Shown: in pieces, positions 10,501 through 18,400 of the stretch
Layout: each line of letters opens with the position of its first letter
Numbering within the stretch: position 1 is the stretch's first letter
From: Methanobacteriota archaeon
GTDB taxonomy: Archaea; Halobacteriota; Methanomicrobia; Methanomicrobiales; Methanoculleaceae
DNA: 64,000 nt
Direction: 5' to 3'
Assembly: GCA_030446015.1 (NCBI GenBank)
Contig: JASUSO010000002.1
Coordinates: forward strand, 1,925-65,924
Made by a program: the position numbers and the translations under genes
Notes under the pieces: generated by a model
Databases searched by the model: none
The model's input: only the letters and a program-made list of their open reading frames with translations
What the model was told of the DNA's origin: nothing

Positions 10501-11136
10501 AACGGCATGGAGCAGACCGCCGGCTACGTCCAGATCCCGTTCATCACCGCCATGACGCAGCAGCGGATGGCCCAGATGCTCTTCTCGTTCTACCGGGCAA
10601 GCGGGAAGCCCGCCGCCCGGGAGCGTGCGACCGATATCGTCTCCGCCATCGAGGACGACAGGATCCGGTATAACCTGACGGTCCAGCTCGAGCAGACCAT
10701 GCCCCCGTCCTGGAAGAACACAGTCTACGCCAAGATCCTCAACTGCCGGGACAAGATCCGGAACGGCGAGTACACCACCAAAGACATGGTCGCGCTCGAT
10801 AGAGCGATCCGTGCGGCACCCGACAGGGCGAAGCGGGCGGCCTACTACACGGAGCTCTACCTCATCGCCCGGGGCGCAGGACAGCAGGAGGTTGCGGACA
10901 GGATGCTGCTCTGCGCGCTCGAAGAGGCCCGGATCATCAGGCCGCTCTCGCGGCGGGCGTTCGTGCTCGGCGATATGGCGTGCCGTATCTACGCGGAGCG
11001 GTACGAAGACCGTTCAAGGGAGATCCTCGATCTGGCGGTGAGCGAGGCGCTCAACATCCGCGACTCGACGATCCGGGACGAGGTCTACGACGAACTGGAT
11101 ATGTCCATACGAATCATTCAGGAGCACTGGCTGTGA
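7570..11136 (+). CDS. Large (1188 aa) alpha-helical repeat protein of unknown function
   Basis: Long ORF with core codon style and a recurring I-x-D/x-x-x-x-R-x-x-x-L-x-x-I/L-A unit. No TM segment or catalytic motif seen. Confidence 0.8.
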   Translation: MDGKVQIKQKINSAISSGDLRELEKVVSDISETQTRKEKRSLYEQMNAALVEAAFSEGQPELLSQLVEPTREEIFELAKRAAAIYSEKKDEAWFAAIFTLVDKLDRKSHQSDILARISRDLVEAGVESGDIHYIEKAGEAFNKISIRKYRSAILSEIIPLFIRFGQKHQNVEIMQQALQMLPEIGDISRQSQLHADVARAIAGSGIEAGDIDLVIRGLRSATEINQKIRRTNSIADIVDATWKSSLKKEISDIEQILDALPDLPEERRTEVLAILTEQLLDRQRDRKQVYTRLLRIDDEKPWAGQTLVLELLKKAERSGERWYLEKAFEFNARGAGEGQLPIEEIVLSGIAVVEKSGNPTVLLDITPLIDETCDAAKAAQLYRQITDALSRMGDFYYAIEVMKKASSSAQRINAQFFDTSVRLIKEGVRRDEIGLVRENILATLDIEIADSLVHQAVTDFCKEYDFDEVVRHVPAIKELAGSHRAQDTLLLECNSILIERGFVRQKEPSALVDLVSQIGEQGLREQAISTIAVEMARVGVARKDRDLLRHATGLTCEIVDQRARAEAMGGIVDQAAVLAVEDGDLDLLHGMRVLSTSLLERDYCLFAMGKVVHGLIMYGIEQLSLQALDEAGQILSQIADPALQRQLADPLIEGYVRVGSLQVADQLSRGKAQVFDGMMEPFEIALDLLKASTPNEEISIKIASYVDIMLEYTQAYASPIFAAPMSLFSLEISGEYERTAMIQRVLTFFTDYTKEFDSADPYEVTAYLLEGIEGGAAARPVLELMYRLFEHTSDTYARYTGMYRIVSAYSALEDVERAEAIIRRLHETIGDLSDPAVRAIMLSDLAGLMAGIDHDAAREYLAEAQKTLDAIRSEREAFIRKNLIYAARSLCAVNRQEKDVEWAMEQVGKIDDPVEYVDALAAVFDMVSEPAQRKDILSSMCHTVVNIPFPYVRLSMLFDVAQFAETYGDEEEIEELLNGMEQTAGYVQIPFITAMTQQRMAQMLFSFYRASGKPAARERATDIVSAIEDDRIRYNLTVQLEQTMPPSWKNTVYAKILNCRDKIRNGEYTTKDMVALDRAIRAAPDRAKRAAYYTELYLIARGAGQQEVADRMLLCALEEARIIRPLSRRAFVLGDMACRIYAERYEDRSREILDLAVSEALNIRDSTIRDEVYDELDMSIRIIQEHWL

Positions 11137-11420
11137 AAACGATCGAGATCCGGGTCTCGGGCAGGGTGCAGGGCGTCGGGTTCCGCGCATGTATCAAGAG
11201 GATCGCCACCAACCTCGGCGTCGGCGGCGAGGCGATGAATCTTCCCGACGGGAGGGTGCTGATCACCGCAACCGCCGACCCGGTCATCCTCGATAAGTTC
11301 GTCTCCATGCTGTACGGGTGTCCCCGGGTCGTCATCAGGGATCTCGTCCAGCAGGAGATCCCTCTTGCCGCCTATCCCGAGTTCACCATCCAGCGGGGCA
11401 ACTACCAGTACAGCACATGA
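11133..11420 (+). CDS. acyP: Acylphosphatase
   Basis: GTG start overlaps the upstream stop (GTGA). Signatures SGRVQGVGFR and MNLPDGRV. Confidence 0.85.
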   Translation: MKTIEIRVSGRVQGVGFRACIKRIATNLGVGGEAMNLPDGRVLITATADPVILDKFVSMLYGCPRVVIRDLVQQEIPLAAYPEFTIQRGNYQYST

Positions 11421-12337
11421 AACTCGGCGTTTGAAAGGAGCGCATCCAGCACGATGCGCACCTGCGCGTCGATACGGTTCTGGTCGATGGAGTCGCGGAG
11501 TGCCGCACTCAACCGGGCGGAGAGATCGCTGCCCAGATAACACCGCTTTTCACCGCATTCGTAATCCGCGCTTGTGATCTCTTCACGGGCAAACCGGATG
11601 ACGACGCGATCCACCATCGAGGCTTTCTGCGGTTCGATGAGGTCGTGGATGAAACTCCCCGCCCCTTCATGAAGCATGCCGAGGTCGGGATTGAGGTCCG
11701 CCCCGATCACCGAGACGCAGCAGTTGCCATACAGCATCGCGTACCCGAACGAAAACATCGCGTTGACCGGGTCGAGGTATGGGCGGCTTGTCCTGCGGCG
11801 GAACCCAAGTTCCGGCGGGAGGGTGCGGGAGAGGATCTCGTAGTACATATCAGCGGTCAGGCGGGAGAGACGGCGCAGGTTCTCCATCGTGACCGAGACC
11901 GAGAGTTCTTCCCGGGCCTGGTGGAGGAAGTCGAGTTCTCCGGCGTAGAAGATGTCGTGCCCGGTGTGGTCGTAGAGTTCCTCGAGGAGGAGGAGCCTCG
12001 ACTGGAGGGCGGCCCGCGCGAGCGGCTGAGCGAACCGGTGGGGGCCGGCACGCTCCTGGGCGAGGCGCACCGACCCGTCCGGCCGGTAGCCATAAGGATA
12101 GAGGTGGCCGACGGGCGTGCCGTCGATATCGAAGATAGTGATGGCAGCGCCGGCTTTGAGGAGGTTCGTCACCGCCGAGGTGTGCAGGGTATGCCCGCCG
12201 ACGACCAGGAGGTGCTTCACCGACTGTATGGGATAGCGCTGGATATCGCTCCCGCGCGCGATGATGAGCTCATGGGTCGTCGCCTTGATGTGTCCCCCGT
12301 AGCCGAAGACGGGGAGCCAGGGTTCCGTCGCTGCCAT
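11402..12337 (-). CDS. cas1: Stand-alone Cas1-family protein (Cas1-solo), probably catalytically impaired
   Basis: Cas1 N-terminal beta domain (LLVVGGHTLHTSAVTNLLKAG...DGTPVG), DPVNAMFSFGYAML, LGMLH and HDLIEP motifs. No cas2 or array nearby. Confidence 0.85.
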   Translation of the reverse strand: MAATEPWLPVFGYGGHIKATTHELIIARGSDIQRYPIQSVKHLLVVGGHTLHTSAVTNLLKAGAAITIFDIDGTPVGHLYPYGYRPDGSVRLAQERAGPHRFAQPLARAALQSRLLLLEELYDHTGHDIFYAGELDFLHQAREELSVSVTMENLRRLSRLTADMYYEILSRTLPPELGFRRRTSRPYLDPVNAMFSFGYAMLYGNCCVSVIGADLNPDLGMLHEGAGSFIHDLIEPQKASMVDRVVIRFAREEITSADYECGEKRCYLGSDLSARLSAALRDSIDQNRIDAQVRIVLDALLSNAEFHVLYW

Positions 12338-12697
12338 CTGATCGCTCCAGAAATGAGTATTGGGCTGCTTTTAGTGATTAATGCATCGAATCTCCCGGAT
12401 ACAGGGAGTACACACTATCGGGGTACGGGGAGCGGAGCGGCCGGCGGGCCGGCTGTGCCGCCGCCTCACGACGCGGATATCTGAAGGGGACGCTCCGGAG
12501 GCGCCCCGGGGAGAAAGGCCATGACCGCCCGGGAAAGAGGGTGTCACGGCGTGACATGCCACGCATTGACAAACCTTTTCCGCATCGCCCGCTCATATAA
12601 CGGTAAAGTATGCCCGGCGGCCTGCCGGAGCAGCATCGCCGAAAGCACCATAGCCCGATATCGGGCATATAACCGGCGAAAAAAACGATGGGATACC

Positions 12698-13987
12698 ATG
12701 TTCTGGAATAGAGAGATGGAGACGATCCGGCCAGACGAACTCGCAGATCTGCAACTGAAACGGCTGAAATGGTCGCTGGCCCAGGCACAGAAAGTAGGGC
12801 TCTACCAGAGAAAGTTAAAAGAAGCGGGCGTCTCGCCTGACGATATCAAGACGCTCGACGACGTGGAGAAACTCCCCTTCACCTACAAAAAGGAGCTCCA
12901 GGCCGGCTACCCGTTCGGCCTCTTCGCGGTTCCCTTGAAAAAGATCGTCCGGATCCACACCACCTCAGGCACGACGGGCAAACCGACCGTCGTCGGCTAC
13001 ACCCGGCAGGATCTGGAGAACTGGTCGGAGCTGATCGCGCGGAACATGACGATGATCGGCCTTGGAGAGGACGACGTCTTTCAGAACGCCGTCAACTACG
13101 GCCTCTTCACCGGGGGGCTCGGGTTCCACTACGGCGCCGAGAAGATCGGGATGACCGTGATCCCGAGCGCGACCGGGAACACCCGCCGCCAGATCGAGAT
13201 GATCGAGGACTTCGGGGTGACCGCCATCCACTGCACGCCAAGTTACGCCCTCCACCTCGCCGAGGTGGCCGAGTCGATGGGAAAGACGCTCGATTCTCTC
13301 CGGATCGGAATATTTGGGGCCGAACCCTGGTCGGAGAGCATGCGCAGCGAACTCGAACGGCGTCTCGGGGTGAAGGCCTACGACAGCTACGGGCTCTCGG
13401 AGATGTACGGTCCCGGCGTGGCGTTCGAGTGCCCGGAGAGAGACGGACTTCACATCTGGCACGACTGCTACCTCGTCGAGATCATCGACCCGGAGACCGG
13501 CGAGCGGCTCGCTCCCGGGGAGCGCGGCGAACTCGTCATCACGCCGCTCGTCAAAGAGGCCCTGCCGCTCATCCGCTACCGGACCGGCGACGTGACCCGG
13601 CTGATGGATGAGGAGTGCGCCTGCGGGCGCGGGCAGAAGATCGCGCGGATCACGGGCCGGAGCGACGATATGCTGGTCATCCGGGGTATCAACGTCTTCC
13701 CGTCCCAGATCGAGCATGTGCTGCGGGCCCTCCCGGAGGTCGGGGAGCAGTTCATCGTATATATTGATCGCGTCAAACATCTGGATGAGATGACTATCGA
13801 AGTAGAGATGAGCAAGGCAGGGTTCTCCGGCGAACTGCGGGACCTTGCCCGCATGCAGAAGAAGATCTCCGACGCACTCCACAATACGCTCGGCCTCCGG
13901 ACGGCAGTGACACTGGTGGAGCCGGGATCGCTCCCCCGGTTCGAGGGGAAGGCGAAACGGGTCATCGACCGGCGGGGGGCGATCTGA
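12698..13987 (+). CDS. paaK: Phenylacetate-CoA ligase family protein, copy 1
   Basis: TTSGTTGKP, GAEPWSE, YGLSE, RYRTGD and GRSDDM motifs. Start at MFWNRE. Confidence 0.88.
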   Translation: MFWNREMETIRPDELADLQLKRLKWSLAQAQKVGLYQRKLKEAGVSPDDIKTLDDVEKLPFTYKKELQAGYPFGLFAVPLKKIVRIHTTSGTTGKPTVVGYTRQDLENWSELIARNMTMIGLGEDDVFQNAVNYGLFTGGLGFHYGAEKIGMTVIPSATGNTRRQIEMIEDFGVTAIHCTPSYALHLAEVAESMGKTLDSLRIGIFGAEPWSESMRSELERRLGVKAYDSYGLSEMYGPGVAFECPERDGLHIWHDCYLVEIIDPETGERLAPGERGELVITPLVKEALPLIRYRTGDVTRLMDEECACGRGQKIARITGRSDDMLVIRGINVFPSQIEHVLRALPEVGEQFIVYIDRVKHLDEMTIEVEMSKAGFSGELRDLARMQKKISDALHNTLGLRTAVTLVEPGSLPRFEGKAKRVIDRRGAI

Positions 13988-15288
13988 TGGCGCCGTGGAA
14001 CCCGCGGACGGAAGAGATGCCGCTCGACGAACTGAAGCGGCTCCAGTTCAAACTCCTGAAATCCCTGGTGTACCGGCTCTACAGTTTCAACGACTTCTAC
14101 CGGCGCCGGATGAAGGAGCATCAGGTCCATCCCGACGACATCAAGACACTTGAGGATGTGGCGAAACTCCCGTTCATGTACAAGAGCGACCTGCGGGACG
14201 GTTACCCGGACAAGATCTTCACCGCCGAACAGAACGAACTGGTCAGGTACCACGTCTCCTCCGGGACGACCGGAAAACCGACGGTCGTCGGGTACACGGA
14301 ACGCGATATCCAGAACTGGAGCGAGTCGCTCGCGCGGGCGTTCTCCTCCTGCGGTCTCGGGCGGGGCGACGTCATCCAGGTGAGTTACGGCTACGGCCTC
14401 TTCACCGGCGGCCTCGGCGCCCACTACGGCGCCGAACGGGTCGGCGCGACCGTCCTTCCGACGAGCGTCGGGAACACCGAGCGGCAGATCGAACTGATGC
14501 AGGATCTCCGCGTCACCGCCATCGCCTGCACCCCCTCCTACCTCCTTCACATCGGCGAGGTGGCGGAGAAGATGGGCGTCTCGATCAAGAACGACACCGA
14601 CCTTCGCATGGGCATCCTCGGCGCCGAACCCTGGTCGGAACAGATGCGGACCAGGATCGAGGACTGGCTCGGGATCCGCGCCTACGACATCTACGGGACG
14701 AGCGAACTCTCCGGGCCGATGTTCACCGAGTGCACCGAGCAGAAGGGGATCCACATCTGGGGCGACCTCGCCCTCGTCGAGATCATCGACCCCGCGACCG
14801 GCGAGGTGCTCGGGCCCGGGGAACAGGGCGAACTGACGATCACCATGCTGCAGAAAGAGGCGCTCCCCATGGTCCGGTACCGGATAGGCGACCTTACCGC
14901 CGTCGAGGACGGGGTCTGCCCCTGCGGGCGGACACATCCGCGCATCGGCCGGATCCGCGGGAGGGTGGACGACATGCTGATCATCCGGGGCATCAACGTC
15001 TTCCCGTCACAGGTGGAGCACGCGCTCCTCGAGATCCCCGGGGTCGGCAAGCATTTCCAGATCGTCGTCGACCGCAAGGGTGCGCTCGATTCCATGCTCG
15101 TCCGGGTGGAGGTGAGCGAGGAGGTGTTCTCCGACAAGATCACCGAACTGATGGTGATCAAGAAGACGGTGGAGCACCGCCTGCGGAGCTCGCTGAACGT
15201 GAGCGTGGACGTCGAACTGGTCGAACCGGGTACTCTACCGCGGTTTGAAGGCAAATCGAAGAAAGTTGTCGATAGGAGGTCGTTATAA
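13987..15288 (+). CDS. paaK: Phenylacetate-CoA ligase family protein, copy 2
   Basis: SSGTTGKP, GAEPWSE, RYRIGD and GRVDDM motifs. Start overlaps the stop of copy 1. Confidence 0.88.
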   Translation: MAPWNPRTEEMPLDELKRLQFKLLKSLVYRLYSFNDFYRRRMKEHQVHPDDIKTLEDVAKLPFMYKSDLRDGYPDKIFTAEQNELVRYHVSSGTTGKPTVVGYTERDIQNWSESLARAFSSCGLGRGDVIQVSYGYGLFTGGLGAHYGAERVGATVLPTSVGNTERQIELMQDLRVTAIACTPSYLLHIGEVAEKMGVSIKNDTDLRMGILGAEPWSEQMRTRIEDWLGIRAYDIYGTSELSGPMFTECTEQKGIHIWGDLALVEIIDPATGEVLGPGEQGELTITMLQKEALPMVRYRIGDLTAVEDGVCPCGRTHPRIGRIRGRVDDMLIIRGINVFPSQVEHALLEIPGVGKHFQIVVDRKGALDSMLVRVEVSEEVFSDKITELMVIKKTVEHRLRSSLNVSVDVELVEPGTLPRFEGKSKKVVDRRSL

Positions 15289-15719
15289 TGGAAGATTCGT
15301 ATATCGTCAAACAGATCTCGATCTTTTCGGAGAACCGCCCGGGGCGCCTCGCGGCCGTCGCCGGAGCGTTGCGGGATGCAGGGATCAATATCTTTGCGTT
15401 CAGTATCGCCGAGGCAAACGGGTTCGGGGTCGTCCGCGCGCTCGTCGACCGACCGGAGGACGCATACCGGACGCTGACCGATCTCGGGTTCCGCGTCTCG
15501 TTCACCGACGTCATCGGCGTGAAGATGCGCGACGAGCCCGGCGGCCTCTCGGATATCGCGTCGATCCTCGGGGACGCCGGGATCAATATCGAGTATGCAT
15601 ACGCCTACTCGGGAAAAGACGCGGCTGTCCTGATCCTGCGCGTGGATCAGGTCGAGGACGCCGTCCGGCAGATCCTCGCCCGCGGCGGGGAACTCCTCAA
15701 GGCATCGTTATTCAGATAA
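15288..15719 (+). CDS. Tandem ACT-domain protein
   Basis: ISIFSENRPGRLA...GINI and DEPGGL...GINIEYAY (two ACT repeats). Confidence 0.88.
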   Translation: MEDSYIVKQISIFSENRPGRLAAVAGALRDAGINIFAFSIAEANGFGVVRALVDRPEDAYRTLTDLGFRVSFTDVIGVKMRDEPGGLSDIASILGDAGINIEYAYAYSGKDAAVLILRVDQVEDAVRQILARGGELLKASLFR

Positions 15720-15900
15720 CTCACGCAGGAGCCCGGGGCGCTCCCGGGCTCTCTGCCCAGCCCTTGCAGAACAGGTGGACCCTGCCCGCAACGCGCCGGA
15801 TAGATAAACGGATGTAGGGTCCAGTTCTACGGCGGCGGCCGTTGAGGTGCTCTCCTTCCCGGGCTCGATGGCGATCCCGAGAGAACCATGCCGCACCCGA

Positions 15901-17190
15901 TCAGCGCCGTTTCTCCCATTTCAGGAGTTCTGAGACCTCCGAGAGCGTCCGACCGCGCCGGATCTCCTCGCGGATCCGCTCCTCGTTCTTCCTGACCTCC
16001 ATGGCTCTGCGTGCGACCTCGTAGGCGCGCTCCCGGGGGACCACCACGACCCCGCTCTCGTCGGCGACGATCCAGTCGCCCGGCCGCACCTCCTGCCCGC
16101 AACAGACGATCTCGGCGTTGATCTCCCCAAGACCCTTCGGATCGCCGGCGTTCGGGACGGTCGCCGTGGCAAAGACCGGGAACCCCATCTCCCGGATGTC
16201 GTCCACATCCCGCACCGCCCCGTCGATCACGATGCCCGCGATCCCCCGGTTCTTCGCGGAGTGGGTGGCGAGTTCGCCCCAGGGAGCGACGTCCGTCCTT
16301 CCCTCGTTTCTGATGACGAGGATATCCCCCGGAGCGGCGACGTCGATCGCCTCGACAGGTTTTGCCCAGTCGCCGGCGAGGGTCCGGACGGTCACCGCCC
16401 GGCCGACCGCCTTCACCCTGCCGCAGATGGAGACGATCCCCGCCATCGCGCCCTTCCGGTGCATGGCATCGGTGACGTTTGGTGCTGAGACGGCTTCGAA
16501 GAGGCGGCGGATGGCGGCGTCCGGGCTCTCCTCCTCACGTGGCCGGATCTCGGGCCGGTCGATGGCCTCCCTGATCCGCCGCGCCGCCCCGGTCACGTCG
16601 GCGGCCTTGACGATGTTTCCGCCCACGATGACGACCGAGGCGCCGGCGGCGACCGCCTCGGATGCGGTCTGTGCATCGAGGCCGCCCGCAACGGCGATGG
16701 GCGTGCCCACCTCCCCGGCAAGGCGGCGGAGGAGGTCGAGCGACGACCTGCCGATCATCTGCTGGTCGATGCCGACATGGGCGTTGATGTAGTCGACGCC
16801 GAGTGCGGCGAGTTCCCGCGACCGGGCGACGGGGTCGGCGACGTTGATGAGGTCGGCCATCAGCCGGACGCCGTACCTGCGGGCGGAGCGCACCGCCTCG
16901 ACGATCACGGCATCGTCGGCATCGGCGAGGATGCAGACGACGCTGGCGCCGGACTTTGCCGCCATCTCCACCTCGACGGCGCCGGTATCGGCGATCTTCA
17001 TGTCCGCGACGATCTCATGACCGGGAAAACGCTCCCGGAGCGTCCGTACAGCCTGCATCCCCTCGCTCTTGATCAGGGGTGTCCCGACCTCAATCCAGTC
17101 CGCACCGCCGCGGACCGCCTCATCTGCGATCTCAACCGCGCGATCGAGCTCGAGGAGATCGAGCGCCACCTGGAGAGTGGGTGTTGCCAT
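15901..17190 (-). CDS. hxlA: 3-hexulose-6-phosphate synthase fused to an RraA/HMG-aldolase-like domain
   Basis: [15 protein letters not shown] and ADMKIAD (HPS); APWGELA, IDGAVRD and ADESGVV (RraA-like). Confidence 0.85.
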   Translation of the reverse strand: MATPTLQVALDLLELDRAVEIADEAVRGGADWIEVGTPLIKSEGMQAVRTLRERFPGHEIVADMKIADTGAVEVEMAAKSGASVVCILADADDAVIVEAVRSARRYGVRLMADLINVADPVARSRELAALGVDYINAHVGIDQQMIGRSSLDLLRRLAGEVGTPIAVAGGLDAQTASEAVAAGASVVIVGGNIVKAADVTGAARRIREAIDRPEIRPREEESPDAAIRRLFEAVSAPNVTDAMHRKGAMAGIVSICGRVKAVGRAVTVRTLAGDWAKPVEAIDVAAPGDILVIRNEGRTDVAPWGELATHSAKNRGIAGIVIDGAVRDVDDIREMGFPVFATATVPNAGDPKGLGEINAEIVCCGQEVRPGDWIVADESGVVVVPRERAYEVARRAMEVRKNEERIREEIRRGRTLSEVSELLKWEKRR

Positions 17191-17292
17191 GCAGTACAGT
17201 ATGGCAAGAGTTCTATTTATCTGGTGCCGGGGCGGGGAAACCTATATCCCGTGAGATGCCGGAGGTGGGCGGCGGCACGGATGTGATGATGG

Positions 17293-18258
17293 ATGGTCGA
17301 GATCGGCTATAAACTGGCATGCGAGGAGCACGCCCCCTCGGAACTCGTCTGCAGCGCCCGCCAGGCGGAAGATGCAGGGTTTGCGTTTGCCATGATATCG
17401 GATCACTACCATCCCTGGACGAGCAGGCAGGGGCAGAGCCCGTTCGTCTGGGGTGTCATCGGCGGCATAGCGCAGGTTACGGCGGATCTCCGGATGGTGA
17501 CGGGCGTCACCTGCCCGACGATGCGGATTCACCCCGGCATCATCGCCCAGGCCGCCGCGACCGCCGCCATGATGATGCCGGGGCGGTTTGCCCTTGGCCT
17601 CGGTTCTGGAGAGAACCTCAACGAGCACATCTTCGGCGATCCCTGGCCGGCGGCGCCGGTCAGGATCGAGATGCTCGAGGAGGCGGTGGAGGTGATCCGG
17701 TTGCTCTGGAAGGGCGGGATGCAGGATTACTACGGTGCCTTCTACACCCTCGAGAACGCGCAGATCTTCTCGCTCCCGGATGAGCTCCCCCCGATCTACA
17801 TCGCCTCAGAAGGGCCGATCAGCGCATCCATGGCCGCGCGGGTCGGCGATGGGTTCATCAACCCGGACAGCAGCGCGGAGGAGACCCTCATTGTCTTCCG
17901 CGACTCAGGAGGGGGTGATAAACCGGCATACGTCGAGATCTCGGTCTGCTGGGCAGAGACCGAGGAGGAAGGGCAGAGGACGGCCTACGAGCAGTGGCCC
18001 ATCGCAGCAAACACCGGAGAACTCAACCGGCTTCTCCCCACGCCGACACACTACGAGCAGGTGGCGAAGATGGTGACACCGGAGGACGTGGCAAAGCATG
18101 TGGTCTGCGGCCCGGACCCGGAGGCGCATATCAAGACAATCGAGGAGCGGATCAGGATGGGGTTCGACCACGTCTGCGTCCACCAGATCGGGCACCAGCA
18201 GCGGGAGTTCATGGAGTTCTATACGAAGGAGGTTCTGCCGCATTTTGGGGAGGGATAG
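17293..18258 (+). CDS. F420-dependent LLM-class oxidoreductase (Fgd/Adf-related, TIGR03557-like)
   Basis: ISDHYHPW, GVTCPTMRIHP and GSGENLNEH motifs. Confidence 0.85.
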   Translation: MVEIGYKLACEEHAPSELVCSARQAEDAGFAFAMISDHYHPWTSRQGQSPFVWGVIGGIAQVTADLRMVTGVTCPTMRIHPGIIAQAAATAAMMMPGRFALGLGSGENLNEHIFGDPWPAAPVRIEMLEEAVEVIRLLWKGGMQDYYGAFYTLENAQIFSLPDELPPIYIASEGPISASMAARVGDGFINPDSSAEETLIVFRDSGGGDKPAYVEISVCWAETEEEGQRTAYEQWPIAANTGELNRLLPTPTHYEQVAKMVTPEDVAKHVVCGPDPEAHIKTIEERIRMGFDHVCVHQIGHQQREFMEFYTKEVLPHFGEG

Positions 18259-18400
18259 CGTCACAGGATGGGTTTGGAGGCACAAGCCCGGGCGAGAGCA
18301 AGCCGCGGTAGGCGGGAAAAACCAGTGATTGTGGGTCTTGCAACGGAAAGCCTACACATGAGGAGAAAGCCCGGTGGATCGTGGGAGTATCATCATTGGA

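Noticed and set aside
11133-11420. AcyP reinterpreted as Cas2
   Set aside because: It has the canonical acylphosphatase GRVQGVGFR and Asn motifs, lacks the Cas2 N-terminal YD motif, and is on the opposite strand to cas1.
11000-13000. CRISPR array or casposon around cas1
   Set aside because: No regularly spaced direct repeats, cas2, polB or terminal inverted repeats were seen. The flanking genes are housekeeping-type.
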